Positions 51,309-61,753 of a stretch of DNA of 64,000 nucleotides are shown in pieces. Origin of the DNA: Calditrichia bacterium. GTDB taxonomy: Bacteria; Calditrichota; Calditrichia; JAJRVZ01. The position numbers were made by a program, and so were the translations under genes. Within the stretch, counting starts at the first letter, position 1. Every line of letters starts with the position of its first letter. The notes under the pieces are model-generated. The model made no database searches. It had not been told where the DNA came from and worked only from the letters and a program-made list of their open reading frames with translations. The DNA is taken from positions 1-64,000 of the forward strand of contig CAVZSQ010000019.1 in NCBI GenBank assembly GCA_963777955.1. Reading direction: 5' to 3'.

Positions 51309-53138
51309 ATGAGTAATTCCAACTTAGACCGGCCAGAAACCGTTTTAACCGAATTACCCGTTCCGGGTAAGACTCTTCCGGAGATATTTTTAAAACAGGT
51401 GTCATTATACGGTTCGCAAAGGGTTGCCTTACGGTACAAAAGCAATGACCAATGGCAGGAGTACCTCTGGAGTGATTATTTTAGTTTTGTCCAAAAAATT
51501 TCAGCCGCCCTGGTAAAACTCGGCCTTAAATCTTCGGACAAAGTGTGCCTGGTATCACGAAACTGTCCGGAATGGTTATGCGTTTACATGGCTGTGCAGA
51601 GTCTGGGCTGCCATCTCGTACCGATTTATCCCAACAGTACCGCTGAACAATTTCAGTATATCGTAAAGCACAGTGAAGCTAAAATACTTTTTGTGGAAAA
51701 CCGGGAACAATTACTTAAAACTGAAAATTGGCGAAATACCTTACCGGATCTCACCAAAACAATTTTAATTTTCGGGGAAGCACCGCCGGATGTTCTGCCT
51801 TATGCCGGACTGCTGCTGATGGGAGCCGATGCCGGTCCGCATTTCCTGCAGGATCAGGTTGACAAATTATCAGCCGATTCACCGGCCGGGATAATTTATA
51901 CCTCCGGTACCACCGGTCCCCCGAAAGGGGTTATACTGACCCAGAAGAATCTTATATTTGTGGCGCGCAGTTTCTTGACCCGTTTTCATGAAATTTATGA
52001 AGAAGAAACTATTTCCTTCCTGCCGCTGTCGCACATTGCCGAACAACTTTTAACGGTTATTGCCGGCACCATTGTGGCAGACAAAATATCTTTCGCTCAG
52101 TCGCTCGAGACCGTCAGGGAAGATCTGCTGCAGGTTCGGCCTACCTTGTTCTTATCTGTTCCGCGGTTATATGAAAAAGTTTATTCGGCAATTCTGGAAA
52201 CGAGCGCGGCCGCTTCATTCTTAAAGAGACATCTGTTTAATTGGGCCTTAAAAACAGGAGATAAAGTCAGAAAATACCGCAACAGTTCCCAGCGCATTCC
52301 AAATTTTACGCTGAATCAATGGAAAATTGCCGAGCAACTTGTCTTCAAAAAAATCAGGAAAAAAATAGGTCTGGAACGGACTCACATCCTGGTCAGTGGT
52401 GCTGCACCGCTGCCGGCTGAAGTTTCGCGGTTCTTCGGTTCGATGGGTATGGATATATTTGAAGTGTTCGGATTAACCGAAACCACAGGTATATGTTGTA
52501 CCACCCTGCCCGGAAAAACTATTCCCGGCGCTGTAGGGCCAGCCATACCTGGCTGCGCGGTAAAGATCGCCGATGACGGGGAAATCCTCACCCGGGGAGA
52601 AAATATATTTTCCGGATACTGGAAAGATCCAGCGGCTTCTAAAGAAGTGTTAAAAGATGGCTGGTTCTATACCGGCGATGTGGGTTATTTCGATGAGGAC
52701 GGTTATATTCACATTACCGACCGGAAAAAGGATCTCATCGTTACAGCCGGCGGGAAAAATATTGCTCCGCAAAATATAGAGAATTTATTAAAACTTAATC
52801 AGGGTGTTTCACAGGTGGTGGTGGTCGGTGACAGAAGAAGGTATTTAACCTGCCTGTTCACGCTGAACAAGGAAAGTTTACCCAAATTGTGCGCACAACT
52901 GGGTATTGGATTATTGACGGTTGAACAGGCTGTTGAAAATAAAGTGATTATCAATAAGTTTCAGGAATATATAGAAAAAGTAAACTCGGTACTGGCACGT
53001 TTTGAAACCATTAAATATTTCCGCATATTGCCAAATGATTTTTCAGTCGAAACCGGAGAATTGACACCCACCCTTAAACTAAAACGGCGCATCATCAACG
53101 AAAAATATAAACCGATCATTGATTTGATGTATGTTTAG
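51309..53138 (+). CDS. Long-chain fatty acid-CoA ligase
   Basis: YTSGTTGPPKG, FLPLSHIAE, FGLTET, TGDVG, RKKDLIVTAGGKN, TPTLKLKR. Confidence 0.95.
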   Translation: MSNSNLDRPETVLTELPVPGKTLPEIFLKQVSLYGSQRVALRYKSNDQWQEYLWSDYFSFVQKISAALVKLGLKSSDKVCLVSRNCPEWLCVYMAVQSLGCHLVPIYPNSTAEQFQYIVKHSEAKILFVENREQLLKTENWRNTLPDLTKTILIFGEAPPDVLPYAGLLLMGADAGPHFLQDQVDKLSADSPAGIIYTSGTTGPPKGVILTQKNLIFVARSFLTRFHEIYEEETISFLPLSHIAEQLLTVIAGTIVADKISFAQSLETVREDLLQVRPTLFLSVPRLYEKVYSAILETSAAASFLKRHLFNWALKTGDKVRKYRNSSQRIPNFTLNQWKIAEQLVFKKIRKKIGLERTHILVSGAAPLPAEVSRFFGSMGMDIFEVFGLTETTGICCTTLPGKTIPGAVGPAIPGCAVKIADDGEILTRGENIFSGYWKDPAASKEVLKDGWFYTGDVGYFDEDGYIHITDRKKDLIVTAGGKNIAPQNIENLLKLNQGVSQVVVVGDRRRYLTCLFTLNKESLPKLCAQLGIGLLTVEQAVENKVIINKFQEYIEKVNSVLARFETIKYFRILPNDFSVETGELTPTLKLKRRIINEKYKPIIDLMYV

Positions 53139-53204
53139 TTGAGGCGTCGCCCCAACATATCCCGAAATGATATAAAATTATTTTTAAGAATCAGTTTGCA
53201 GATT

Positions 53205-54092
53205 TCAGTTTATAATTTCCCAGGGTAATATAATTTTCCCGGGTTGATTTAACTCTTCTCTCACGCGCATTACAGCTATGCCAATATATTTGGGTGTTTG
53301 CATGATCTTCCCGGCCCATTCTTCATAGGGGGTTTCAAAGGTGGTCATCTTACTGTTGGACGATTCCCTGATCAGCAGTTGTCCTTTACTTTCTGCCACC
53401 AGCCACATATGGGCTGAAAAGATATCGGTTTTACCGGCATAGATCAAAGAACCGATATCACCCACCTTCAAGTTATTTTTGATATTCTGAAGATTTTCCG
53501 AAGGTATATAATCGATGGTCATCTGCCGGTCCGGTTTTACATACCGTAGATCGCTGATACTTTTCTTTTGAAAAAATTTAACATGGGAGATGGTCCGGGT
53601 GACCTGACGGGTAAAATTTCCTCCCACCTTTTTGCTCACATCATCCAGCAACCATTTGTTTTCCGGCAACCAATCGGCCATGGTATAGTGATTTCGCGTG
53701 CGCATACCAATGATCCCGTCTTTATAACGGATCTGCTGCAGGTTATTAAAAAAATTATCCCAGCTATCGGATATAGCCAAAGCCAGAATATGCTCGGTAA
53801 AAACCATGCAATTGGTCTGTTCAAAATTTACCAGGGGTTGGGTTTCCAGTAAGGCATAGGGCCCATCTCCCGAACAATTCAGATCATACGGCATTCCTAA
53901 AAATAACTGCGAATAGAAATTCATCCGTTCGGTAACAGTCATGTTTTGACCGGCTGTCACGGTCAGCAGAGAATCAATCTGTTTATTGCTCATATTAAAT
54001 AGTTGTTGGTTATGATCCCCGGCAGGCGCTTTAGTACAACAATATAAAACCAACATAAAGGCCAGCACACTTTTCATCACGATTCTCTTCAT
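53205..54092 (-). CDS. DUF1460 NlpC/P60-like amidase
   Basis: FLGMPY, TNCMVFTE, LQQIRY.DG..RNHY..DW, SAHM. Confidence 0.8.
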   Translation of the reverse strand: MKRIVMKSVLAFMLVLYCCTKAPAGDHNQQLFNMSNKQIDSLLTVTAGQNMTVTERMNFYSQLFLGMPYDLNCSGDGPYALLETQPLVNFEQTNCMVFTEHILALAISDSWDNFFNNLQQIRYKDGIIGMRTRNHYTMADWLPENKWLLDDVSKKVGGNFTRQVTRTISHVKFFQKKSISDLRYVKPDRQMTIDYIPSENLQNIKNNLKVGDIGSLIYAGKTDIFSAHMWLVAESKGQLLIRESSNSKMTTFETPYEEWAGKIMQTPKYIGIAVMRVREELNQPGKIILPWEIIN

Positions 54093-54179
54093 TTCTTAAT
54101 GACCACAGACAATTAAATCCAACCAGCTGAATTTAATAAATTGTATTCTCAAACTCTAATAGTACCCCATGGAAAATAC

Positions 54180-55188
54180 TTATTCTGCAAAAAAATAGAT
54201 CCTGGTCAGCCATTTACTACTGTCCGGCTCTTTCCCGGGATCGGTTACATATTCTTCTATGACAGGTGCTTTATGTTTCAAACCATTACATATGCAGGTA
54301 AAGATCCAGAGCCTTATAAGCATTGGCCGATTTTTCATAAGGCCCATAATAATCGATTACATAAGTTTTCCCTGCCGGGATGGAAAACATACTAATTTCT
54401 TCGCTCTCCACCTTTCCCTTAACCGCTACGGCTGCAGCCATATCGGTAAGCTGATTTTGTTCATCATACGTAAAATAGAGACCGACTGGACCGCCGGCAG
54501 GTTTAAGTTTTTTCTCGGATAATGCTTTACCTATTGTCGCATAAGCCTGCGTAAAAAAATCTTTAATTGCTGCAAATTTCACTTCCTGCCGGATCAGTAC
54601 ATAATCCTTGGCTGTAAAGTCTTCAATCCTGATCTGATACTGCCTTACCTCAGCATATTCTTTTTCACTTAGTTCTTTCAGTTTTTCCAATCCCTTTTCG
54701 AAATCCGTACCGATCATTTTATCCATACTCATAAACAGCATCAGTATGTTCCAGGGAAAGGGATCTTCACCATACATGCTCCAGGATACCTTGGTCCCGC
54801 CATTATTTTCCGTCAGACGGATATACCCATCTGCCTTACTTTCCATCGGTTCAATAAAATGCAGGTGATAGCCTATCTCTTCATCCTCCTTGACACCGGT
54901 GTTCAGCATTTCTCCCGTCCCCGTCTTATCACCAATCCATTTATACGACGCACCTTTTTCTCCATCTACGCCTTCAATGGTAACCTTCACGGCCGGATCA
55001 AGTTCAGTCCAGGGCGTCCAGGTCTGCCAATTGCGCCAGTAGCTGGCATAAGCGAAGACCAGGTGCCTGGGTGAATTAATGATTACCGATCTCTCTACCG
55101 AATATTTTTTCGGGGCGATAATCCCTAAAAGGATGATTAGAACCACTAAAGCCACCAAGATGATTCCGACGATCTTCAATGCCTTCAT
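54180..55188 (-). CDS. SRPBCC plus GyrI-like domain protein; frameshift near 54295
   Basis: VERSVIIN..WTPW..DP, MIGTDFEKGL, YYGPYE; continues EEYVTDPGKEPDSSKWLTRIYF in a shifted frame. Confidence 0.85.
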
Positions 55189-55362
55189 AACTGTCTCCTG
55201 TATGTCTTAGATTATAAGTCAAGTCTATAATAAGACGTTAAACCAAATAAAAGCCAATTCTATTCTTGGTTTTTGAGTTTATTTATGTGGCCAGATCTTT
55301 TCCCCGGATATGCGCAGTGGGGGCAAGGCGGTGCCGTGCCCCTACGAAATCACAACAATCAA

Positions 55363-56040
55363 TCAAAATTCCAGCGATTGACCATAATTCAATACCTGAA
55401 CATCGACACCCGATTTCTGAATCCGTTTTTTAAATTCAGCGGGATCGGTATTGATTACGTCAAAGGTCTGATAATGCATGGGCAGCACTTTTTTAGGTTT
55501 CAGGAATTCCACCGCTTTAACCGCGTCAGCCAGACCCATGGTAAAATTATCGCCAATCGGGATTAAGGCGATATCGATCGGGTTCATCTCGGCGATCAGC
55601 TTCATGTCGCTGAATAAACCCGTATCGCCACCGTGATAAATTGTTTTTCCTTCCAGCATGATCAGTACACCGGTGGGTGTCCCGCCGCTGCTGCCATCGG
55701 GAAAGGTGGAACCGTGCCAGGCCGGGGTAAATTTTACCTGACCAAACGGAAATGAACGTGAGCCGCCGATATGCATACCGTGAGCTTGAACACCATGATC
55801 GGCACAATACCCGGCAATTTCAAAATTGGCAATGACCAGCGCACGATTATTTTTAGCAATGGCCAGCGTATCCCCGAAATGATCGCCGTGGGCATGAGTG
55901 ACAATAATAAAATTAGCCTTGACGTCCCTGGCTTTTACAGGTGAAGTGGGATTACCATCCAGAAAAGGATCAATTAATATACGATGCACCCCGCTCTCAA
56001 TCATCCAGGCGGAGTGACTGAAATATGTTAACTTCCCCAT
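55363..56040 (-). CDS. Metal-dependent hydrolase (UPF0173, MBL fold)
   Basis: IDPFL, THAHGDHFGD, YHGGDT, PIGDNFTMG, PMHY. Confidence 0.92.
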   Translation of the reverse strand: MGKLTYFSHSAWMIESGVHRILIDPFLDGNPTSPVKARDVKANFIIVTHAHGDHFGDTLAIAKNNRALVIANFEIAGYCADHGVQAHGMHIGGSRSFPFGQVKFTPAWHGSTFPDGSSGGTPTGVLIMLEGKTIYHGGDTGLFSDMKLIAEMNPIDIALIPIGDNFTMGLADAVKAVEFLKPKKVLPMHYQTFDVINTDPAEFKKRIQKSGVDVQVLNYGQSLEF

Positions 56041-56112
56041 GGCGGTACACCTCCCAGATTTATTTGCTACTGACCGGGAGATTAATTTTCCTGGCTATCA
56101 GGCAATTGCCTG

Positions 56113-57066
56113 TCAGGCAATCGCCTTGACTTCATCCGCTGTCTTACGTACGGATTCAACCGATTTCTTGAAACTCTCTTTTTCTACCGTATTCAGATCG
56201 ATTTCGATGATTCTCTCTACCCCATCTTTACCCAGGACTACCGGTACACCGATAAACAGTCCCTTAACTCCGTATTCTCCTTCCAGCAGCACACAACATG
56301 GTACTATTTTCTTTTTATCGTACACAATCGCTTCAACCATTTCCAGTGCACCCCAGGCTGGCGACACAAAGGCTGATCCCGATCCCAGCAATTTAACCAC
56401 TTCTCCCCCCGCCTGGCGGGTCCGGTTTTCGATTTGCTCCAGTTTTTCGGCAGTCAGAAATTTTTCTACCGGCAAACCGCTGATCCGGCAGGCACTGCGG
56501 ATCGGTACCATATCATCGCCGTGCCCACCCAGGACAACAGCACTGACATTCTCCACCGAAACTTGAACTTCGCTGGCAACAAAATAACGATAACGGGCCG
56601 AATCCAGTGCTCCGGCCATACCCATGATTTTACTTTTAGCTGGTTTTAGTTTTTGATATAGCCGGTAAACAATGGCATCCAGAGGATTAGCCACCGAAAT
56701 GATAATCGCTTTGCTACAATATTTTTTGATCCCTTCGGCCACGGCATCGGTTATTTTTAGATTGGTGGCCAGTAATTCTTCGCGGGTCGGAATTGTGCCA
56801 TCCGGTCGTTTGGTGCGGGGTACGCCCGCCGTATTAATCACCAGATCCGATCCCTTAAGTACCTCGTATTCTCTGCTGCCAAAGGTTTTCACATCGGCGC
56901 CGATGGTGGCTGATCCCTCGGCGATATCCAAGGCCTTGCCTTTAGCTAAATCCGGTTCCTTTATATCTACCATTGCCACTTCCCGGGCCAGTTGACGCTG
57001 AACTATTTCCTGCATCAGCACCCCACCGATATTACCACCACCGATCAAACCGATTTTATTCAACAT
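56113..57066 (-). CDS. mdh: Malate dehydrogenase (LDH-like)
   Basis: IGGGNIG, KGKALD, TAGVPR, ANPLD, GMAGALDSAR, VLGGHGDDM. Confidence 0.93.
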   Translation of the reverse strand: MLNKIGLIGGGNIGGVLMQEIVQRQLAREVAMVDIKEPDLAKGKALDIAEGSATIGADVKTFGSREYEVLKGSDLVINTAGVPRTKRPDGTIPTREELLATNLKITDAVAEGIKKYCSKAIIISVANPLDAIVYRLYQKLKPAKSKIMGMAGALDSARYRYFVASEVQVSVENVSAVVLGGHGDDMVPIRSACRISGLPVEKFLTAEKLEQIENRTRQAGGEVVKLLGSGSAFVSPAWGALEMVEAIVYDKKKIVPCCVLLEGEYGVKGLFIGVPVVLGKDGVERIIEIDLNTVEKESFKKSVESVRKTADEVKAIA

Positions 57067-57311
57067 AGAAGTCTCCTTGAAATATAATGAGAGGATTGTC
57101 TTAGCCAATAATCAGAATAACGTATCATAAAGAAAGTCTTCATTCAGACTTTGCCGAGGATATGTGTGGCCAAATATACAACTATACCTTTCCCAAAGCA
57201 AGTAGTAGCAACGCCTGACAAGGCCTGGGAGACGCATAGCAATGCTTCTCTACCGCTTTAATTAAATATCTATTTGAAGTACAATTCAAACTACAATATA
57301 TTTAATCAAAA

Positions 57312-58355
57312 TTGGATATAATGTCACCACTCGATTCGTTAACTGAAAAATTAGAACACCTCTCTTTGCCGGTAAGGAAGAATGTAAAACTGGCTCCCTA
57401 TACCACCATGGGAGTGGGTGGTAAAGCTCTGCTGTTTGTTGAAGTGCATACGACAACCGAACTGGAACAAGCCATTACCCTGGCCCTTGACGATTCAGTC
57501 CCCTACCTGGTGCTGGGACGTGGCAGTAATCTGATCATCTCGGACCGTGGTTACGAGGGTCTGGTTATCTTAAATAAAGCCGACCACTGGCAGATTCTGC
57601 AAAATCATTCTCCGGCCTCCCGAAAAAATAAAGCAAGCAGCCGCTATATCAGTCTGGAGAAATCCAGCGAGATAACAGACCTGTCCTATTCGGACCATGA
57701 TGCAGAAGATATATTGGTCCGGGTGGAATCGGGAATCCGCATGGAGTTTTTGATTAAAGCCTTGTTGAAGGCCGGGATAACCGGGTTACAGTGGTTTGCC
57801 GGAATCCCGGCCACAGTCGGCGGAGCGGTGTTTATGAATATACATGGCGGAAACCATTTCTTCGCTGATTTTATCGAACAGGTCTGTCTTACCAACGGCC
57901 GGACCACCAGAATAATGAATAATGATTATTTTCAATTCGACTATGACTGGAGCATTCTGCATCAAACCGGGGAAATCGTGCTATGGACCGACCTGCATTT
58001 AAAAAAAGGGGATGTACAGAAAGCCGGAGCACTGGCCCGGGATTGGGCCAGGCGGAAAGCGAATCAACCCCGCCGCTCGGCCGGTTGTGTTTTCAGAAAT
58101 CTGACCGCTGCCCAGCAAAAACAATATAATTTGCCAACCCCCTCCGTCGGATATCTGCTTGATAAGGTTTTAAATTTAAAAGGTAAAAAATGCGGTGATG
58201 CTGTAATTTCACCTAAGCATGCTGCCTTCATTGAAAACCTCGGCAAGGCATCCGCAGCCGACGTAATTGAATTAATCAAACTGATCCAGCAAAAAGCCAG
58301 GGAGCAGCTGGAACTGGAACTAAAAACTGAAATTCAAACAATAGGGAAATTTTGA
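57312..58355 (+). CDS. murB: UDP-N-acetylmuramate dehydrogenase
   Basis: YTTMGVGGKA, LGRGSNL, GIPATVGGAV, QP.RSAGCVFRN, KHAAFIEN. Confidence 0.92.
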   Translation: MDIMSPLDSLTEKLEHLSLPVRKNVKLAPYTTMGVGGKALLFVEVHTTTELEQAITLALDDSVPYLVLGRGSNLIISDRGYEGLVILNKADHWQILQNHSPASRKNKASSRYISLEKSSEITDLSYSDHDAEDILVRVESGIRMEFLIKALLKAGITGLQWFAGIPATVGGAVFMNIHGGNHFFADFIEQVCLTNGRTTRIMNNDYFQFDYDWSILHQTGEIVLWTDLHLKKGDVQKAGALARDWARRKANQPRRSAGCVFRNLTAAQQKQYNLPTPSVGYLLDKVLNLKGKKCGDAVISPKHAAFIENLGKASAADVIELIKLIQQKAREQLELELKTEIQTIGKF

Positions 58356-58356
58356 C

Positions 58357-59616
58357 GTGTCAAAATTTATCATTCAGGGTGGGCTATCCTTAAGCGGTGA
58401 GATACACACCGCCGGCAATAAGAATTCAGCTCTGCCGGTCATCGCGGCAACGGTATTAACCGATGAATCTTGTACTCTGCATAATGTGCCGCAAATCCGC
58501 GATGTCGAGACAATGCTGGCTTTACTGCGGGATCTGGGAAAAAATGTCGACCGGATCAGTCCGGAAAGTTACCGGATCAGCGGCGCGGTACAAAAATCCA
58601 GACTGGAAAATAACCTGGCCGGTAACTTGCGTGCTTCCATTTTATATATGGCTCCCTTATTAGCCCGTACAGGCCAGGTAGAAACAGTTCCACCGGGCGG
58701 ATGTGTCATCGGCCGGCGTAATGTCGATACACATTTCGATGTATTAGCAGCGTTTGGCGCGAAATATCAGATAGAAGAAAAATATTATAAAGCATCGCTC
58801 AGCAAAGCCAGAGCGGCGAATATCTTTCTGCTGGAATCATCGGTAACAGCCACTGAGAATGCCCTGTTACTGGCTGCCCTGACTGCAGGACAGACAATCA
58901 TTGATAATGCCGCTGCTGAACCGCATGTCGTCGATTTAGCCGATGTGCTCAATAAAATGGGAGCATATATTCAGGGGGCCGGAACAAATCACATTCAGAT
59001 CCAGGGTGCCAGGAAACTATCAGGATTCGAGCATCGTATAGTTCCCGATCATATCGAGACAGGAACCTTCGCCATAGCAGCTGCCTGTAATAAAGGGGAT
59101 CTGCTTATCCATGATGCTTATCCGGAGCATTTTTACATTGTGGGCAATGTTCTGAAAAGAATGGGTGTGCATTTTAAATTTGTTGCCGAGCATACTCTGC
59201 ACTTAAAACCATCGAGACTGGTTTCCAATGACCTGAAGGTACGGGTGGGATTATGGCCGGGATTCCCCACTGATCTGATGAGTCCGTTGATAGTACTGGC
59301 CACCCAGGCTCATGGAGTTACCTTATGCCATGACTGGATGTACGAGTCACGGATGTTCTTCGTGGATAAACTGATCGCCATGGGGGCACAGATAACCCAG
59401 TGCGATCCGCACCGGGTTTTAGTTTCGGGTCCGACCCGGTTACGGGGACAGGAATTGAACAGTCCGGATATCCGGGCCGGTATTGCCCTGATGATTGCCG
59501 CGCTCAGCGCCCGGGGGCGCAGTATCATAGACCGCGCCGAACTGATCGACCGTGGGTATGAAAATGTTGCTGAACGGTTGAATAAACTAGGCGCCCAAAT
59601 TCAACGGGAAGAATAG
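58357..59616 (+). CDS. murA: UDP-N-acetylglucosamine 1-carboxyvinyltransferase
   Basis: GNKNSALP, LRASIL, PGGCVIG.R, SVTATEN, PGFPTDL, PDIRAG, DRGYE. Confidence 0.96.
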   Translation: MSKFIIQGGLSLSGEIHTAGNKNSALPVIAATVLTDESCTLHNVPQIRDVETMLALLRDLGKNVDRISPESYRISGAVQKSRLENNLAGNLRASILYMAPLLARTGQVETVPPGGCVIGRRNVDTHFDVLAAFGAKYQIEEKYYKASLSKARAANIFLLESSVTATENALLLAALTAGQTIIDNAAAEPHVVDLADVLNKMGAYIQGAGTNHIQIQGARKLSGFEHRIVPDHIETGTFAIAAACNKGDLLIHDAYPEHFYIVGNVLKRMGVHFKFVAEHTLHLKPSRLVSNDLKVRVGLWPGFPTDLMSPLIVLATQAHGVTLCHDWMYESRMFFVDKLIAMGAQITQCDPHRVLVSGPTRLRGQELNSPDIRAGIALMIAALSARGRSIIDRAELIDRGYENVAERLNKLGAQIQREE

Positions 59617-59675
59617 GCTGAACACCTACCTGAGGAAGCGGAATAGCCACGGCCGACCCGGTAAGATCAGGCCGG

Positions 59676-61614
59676 TCAGTAACCAATTCCTGTGCCTCCT
59701 GGGCCGGGAGAAAGCGGTAATTCCTGGTTACCCGGACTTGTCCGCACTACCAGAATCGGAATTTTTATCGAATGTCTGACATTATCGACAGTCTGTCCAT
59801 GAATAATATCGCCGAAAATTTGGTGGCCGTGCGAACCTAAAACGAGCAGATCAATACCCTCCTCTGCAACGGATTTAATAATTTCTTCGGCAGGATTGCC
59901 GTGACGGATAACTGTTTCTACAGCTAAATCACGTTCTTCTATCTCGCGGGCCAACTCTTCTATATACTGATAATCACTGCGGCTGTGCAAACTATCTTCG
60001 GCGGCGCCATAAACCATCGTTCCGGGTGTATCTACGATATGAATCAGGGTTAATTTGGCCTGGTGTAATTTTGTCTGGGTTATGGCCTCGGAAATGACGG
60101 CTGAGTCTCCAGCACTGTGCTCGATAGCTACGCCGATATTTTTATATTTTTTAGGTTGAATTCGTGAGGCAACATCTTTTCCGGATGAGATAATAGATTC
60201 ATCCCAGGGTCTGCTTTTTCTAAAAAACGGTACAATCACGATATACAGCAGAACTCCCAGAACAGTTAGAATTATTGGCACAATAATCACCAGTAGCCAC
60301 ATGCTGCTGCTGGCCCAATCAACGATGGAATCAAAAACCAATTTCAGGTTTAGTATAATGATAATCGTTGCGCTAATCCAGGCGGCCAGTTTTACCCACA
60401 GCGGGTTTGAAAAATTACCCATTTTATTTTTAGCGGAAGTAAAATGAATAAGTGGTACTATGGCAAAAGGTAATTGCATACTGAGCACCACCTGGGAAAG
60501 TATCAGCAGTTTATAAGTACCTTCGTTCCCGGACAGGGCAATCACCACAACCGCCGGCAGCAGAGCCACGCTTCTGGTTATAATTCTTCTCAGCCAGGGA
60601 CGAAGTCTGATATTTAAAAATCCCTCCATGACCACCTGACCGGCAAGGGTACCGGTTAAAGTAGAACTCTGTCCCGCGGCAACCAGGGCTATACCGAAGG
60701 CGATTGGCGCAAGATTAGATCCCAGGATCGGCTGGAGCAGATTGTGTGCTTCCTGAATTTCCGTAACGACTAATCCGCGGCTATAAAAAACCGCAGCTGC
60801 CATTATCAATATGGCGGCATTCACTAAAAAAGCGCCGTTTAAGGCCACGGCAGAATCGACCAGATTGAATTTACAGGCCTCGTTTTTTCCGGTATAGGTA
60901 TTTGAAATCATTCTGGTTTGAACCAGGGAAGAATGCAGGTAGAGATTGTGCGGCATGACCGTCGCTCCGATGATGCCGATGGCGACATAAAGTGCGCCTG
61001 AACCAAGGTGCGGAACAAATCCTGCTGCAATTCCGCCCCAGTCCGGTTTTGCTAAAAATATCTCAATGATAAAACTGATACCGACGGTAAAAACCAACAT
61101 TAAAATAAATGCTTCCATTTTGCGTACCCCGAGCCGTTGTATGGCCAGCAGCAGGAATGTATCAAAGGCGGTAACCAGACAGCCCCATAATAAAGGTAAA
61201 CCGAAGAGCAGATTAAGACCGATGATGGTCCCTAATACCTCAGCCAGGTCACAGGCGGCAATGGCAATTTCGCATAAGATCCACAGGAAATAATTCAGAT
61301 ATTTAGGATACTCCCTCCGGCATCCCTGCGCCAGATCGTGTCCGCTGACGATCCCCAACCGTGCCGACAAGGTCTGTAATAAAACTGCCATCAGGTTTGA
61401 CATTAATAAAACCCAAAGCAGCGTATATCCGAACCTGGCTCCGCCTTCAATATCGGTGGCCCAATTGCCCGGATCCATGTATCCGACGCTGACCAGGTAG
61501 GCCGGGCCGGCAAAAGCAAAAAGCCTTCTGAGCCAGCCGCGCTTCCTCACCGCTACCAAACTTCCATGGGGGCCAATATGATTATCTTTAACGGTAGTCT
61601 GACCTTTGCTTCAT
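59676..61614 (-). CDS. mntH: Nramp Mn2+ transporter fused to a C-terminal universal-stress domain
   Basis: GYMDPGNW, ATVMPHN, GQSST.TGT.AGQ; USP motifs GNPAEEI, LVLGSHGH. True start probably near 61614 with an indel; the ORF track starts at 61559. Confidence 0.93.
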
Positions 61615-61753
61615 AAAACCTTCCGATCCATTTGTTGTACGGGTATTTTTTGTTTGTACATGATCAACTACTCGGCATACTGCCTGGGCAAACTATTTTT
61701 TAGGAAGTTTGATATTGTATGGTAACTGTCAGCGATTGACAGCCGCTACGTTC

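Noticed and set aside
61559..61631. In-frame TGA readthrough (Sec) at the mntH 5' end (ATG GAT CGG AAG GTT TTA TGA AGC)
   Set aside because: Better explained by one extra A in ATG-AGC downstream of a GGAAGG ribosome-binding site; no redox context or evident SECIS.
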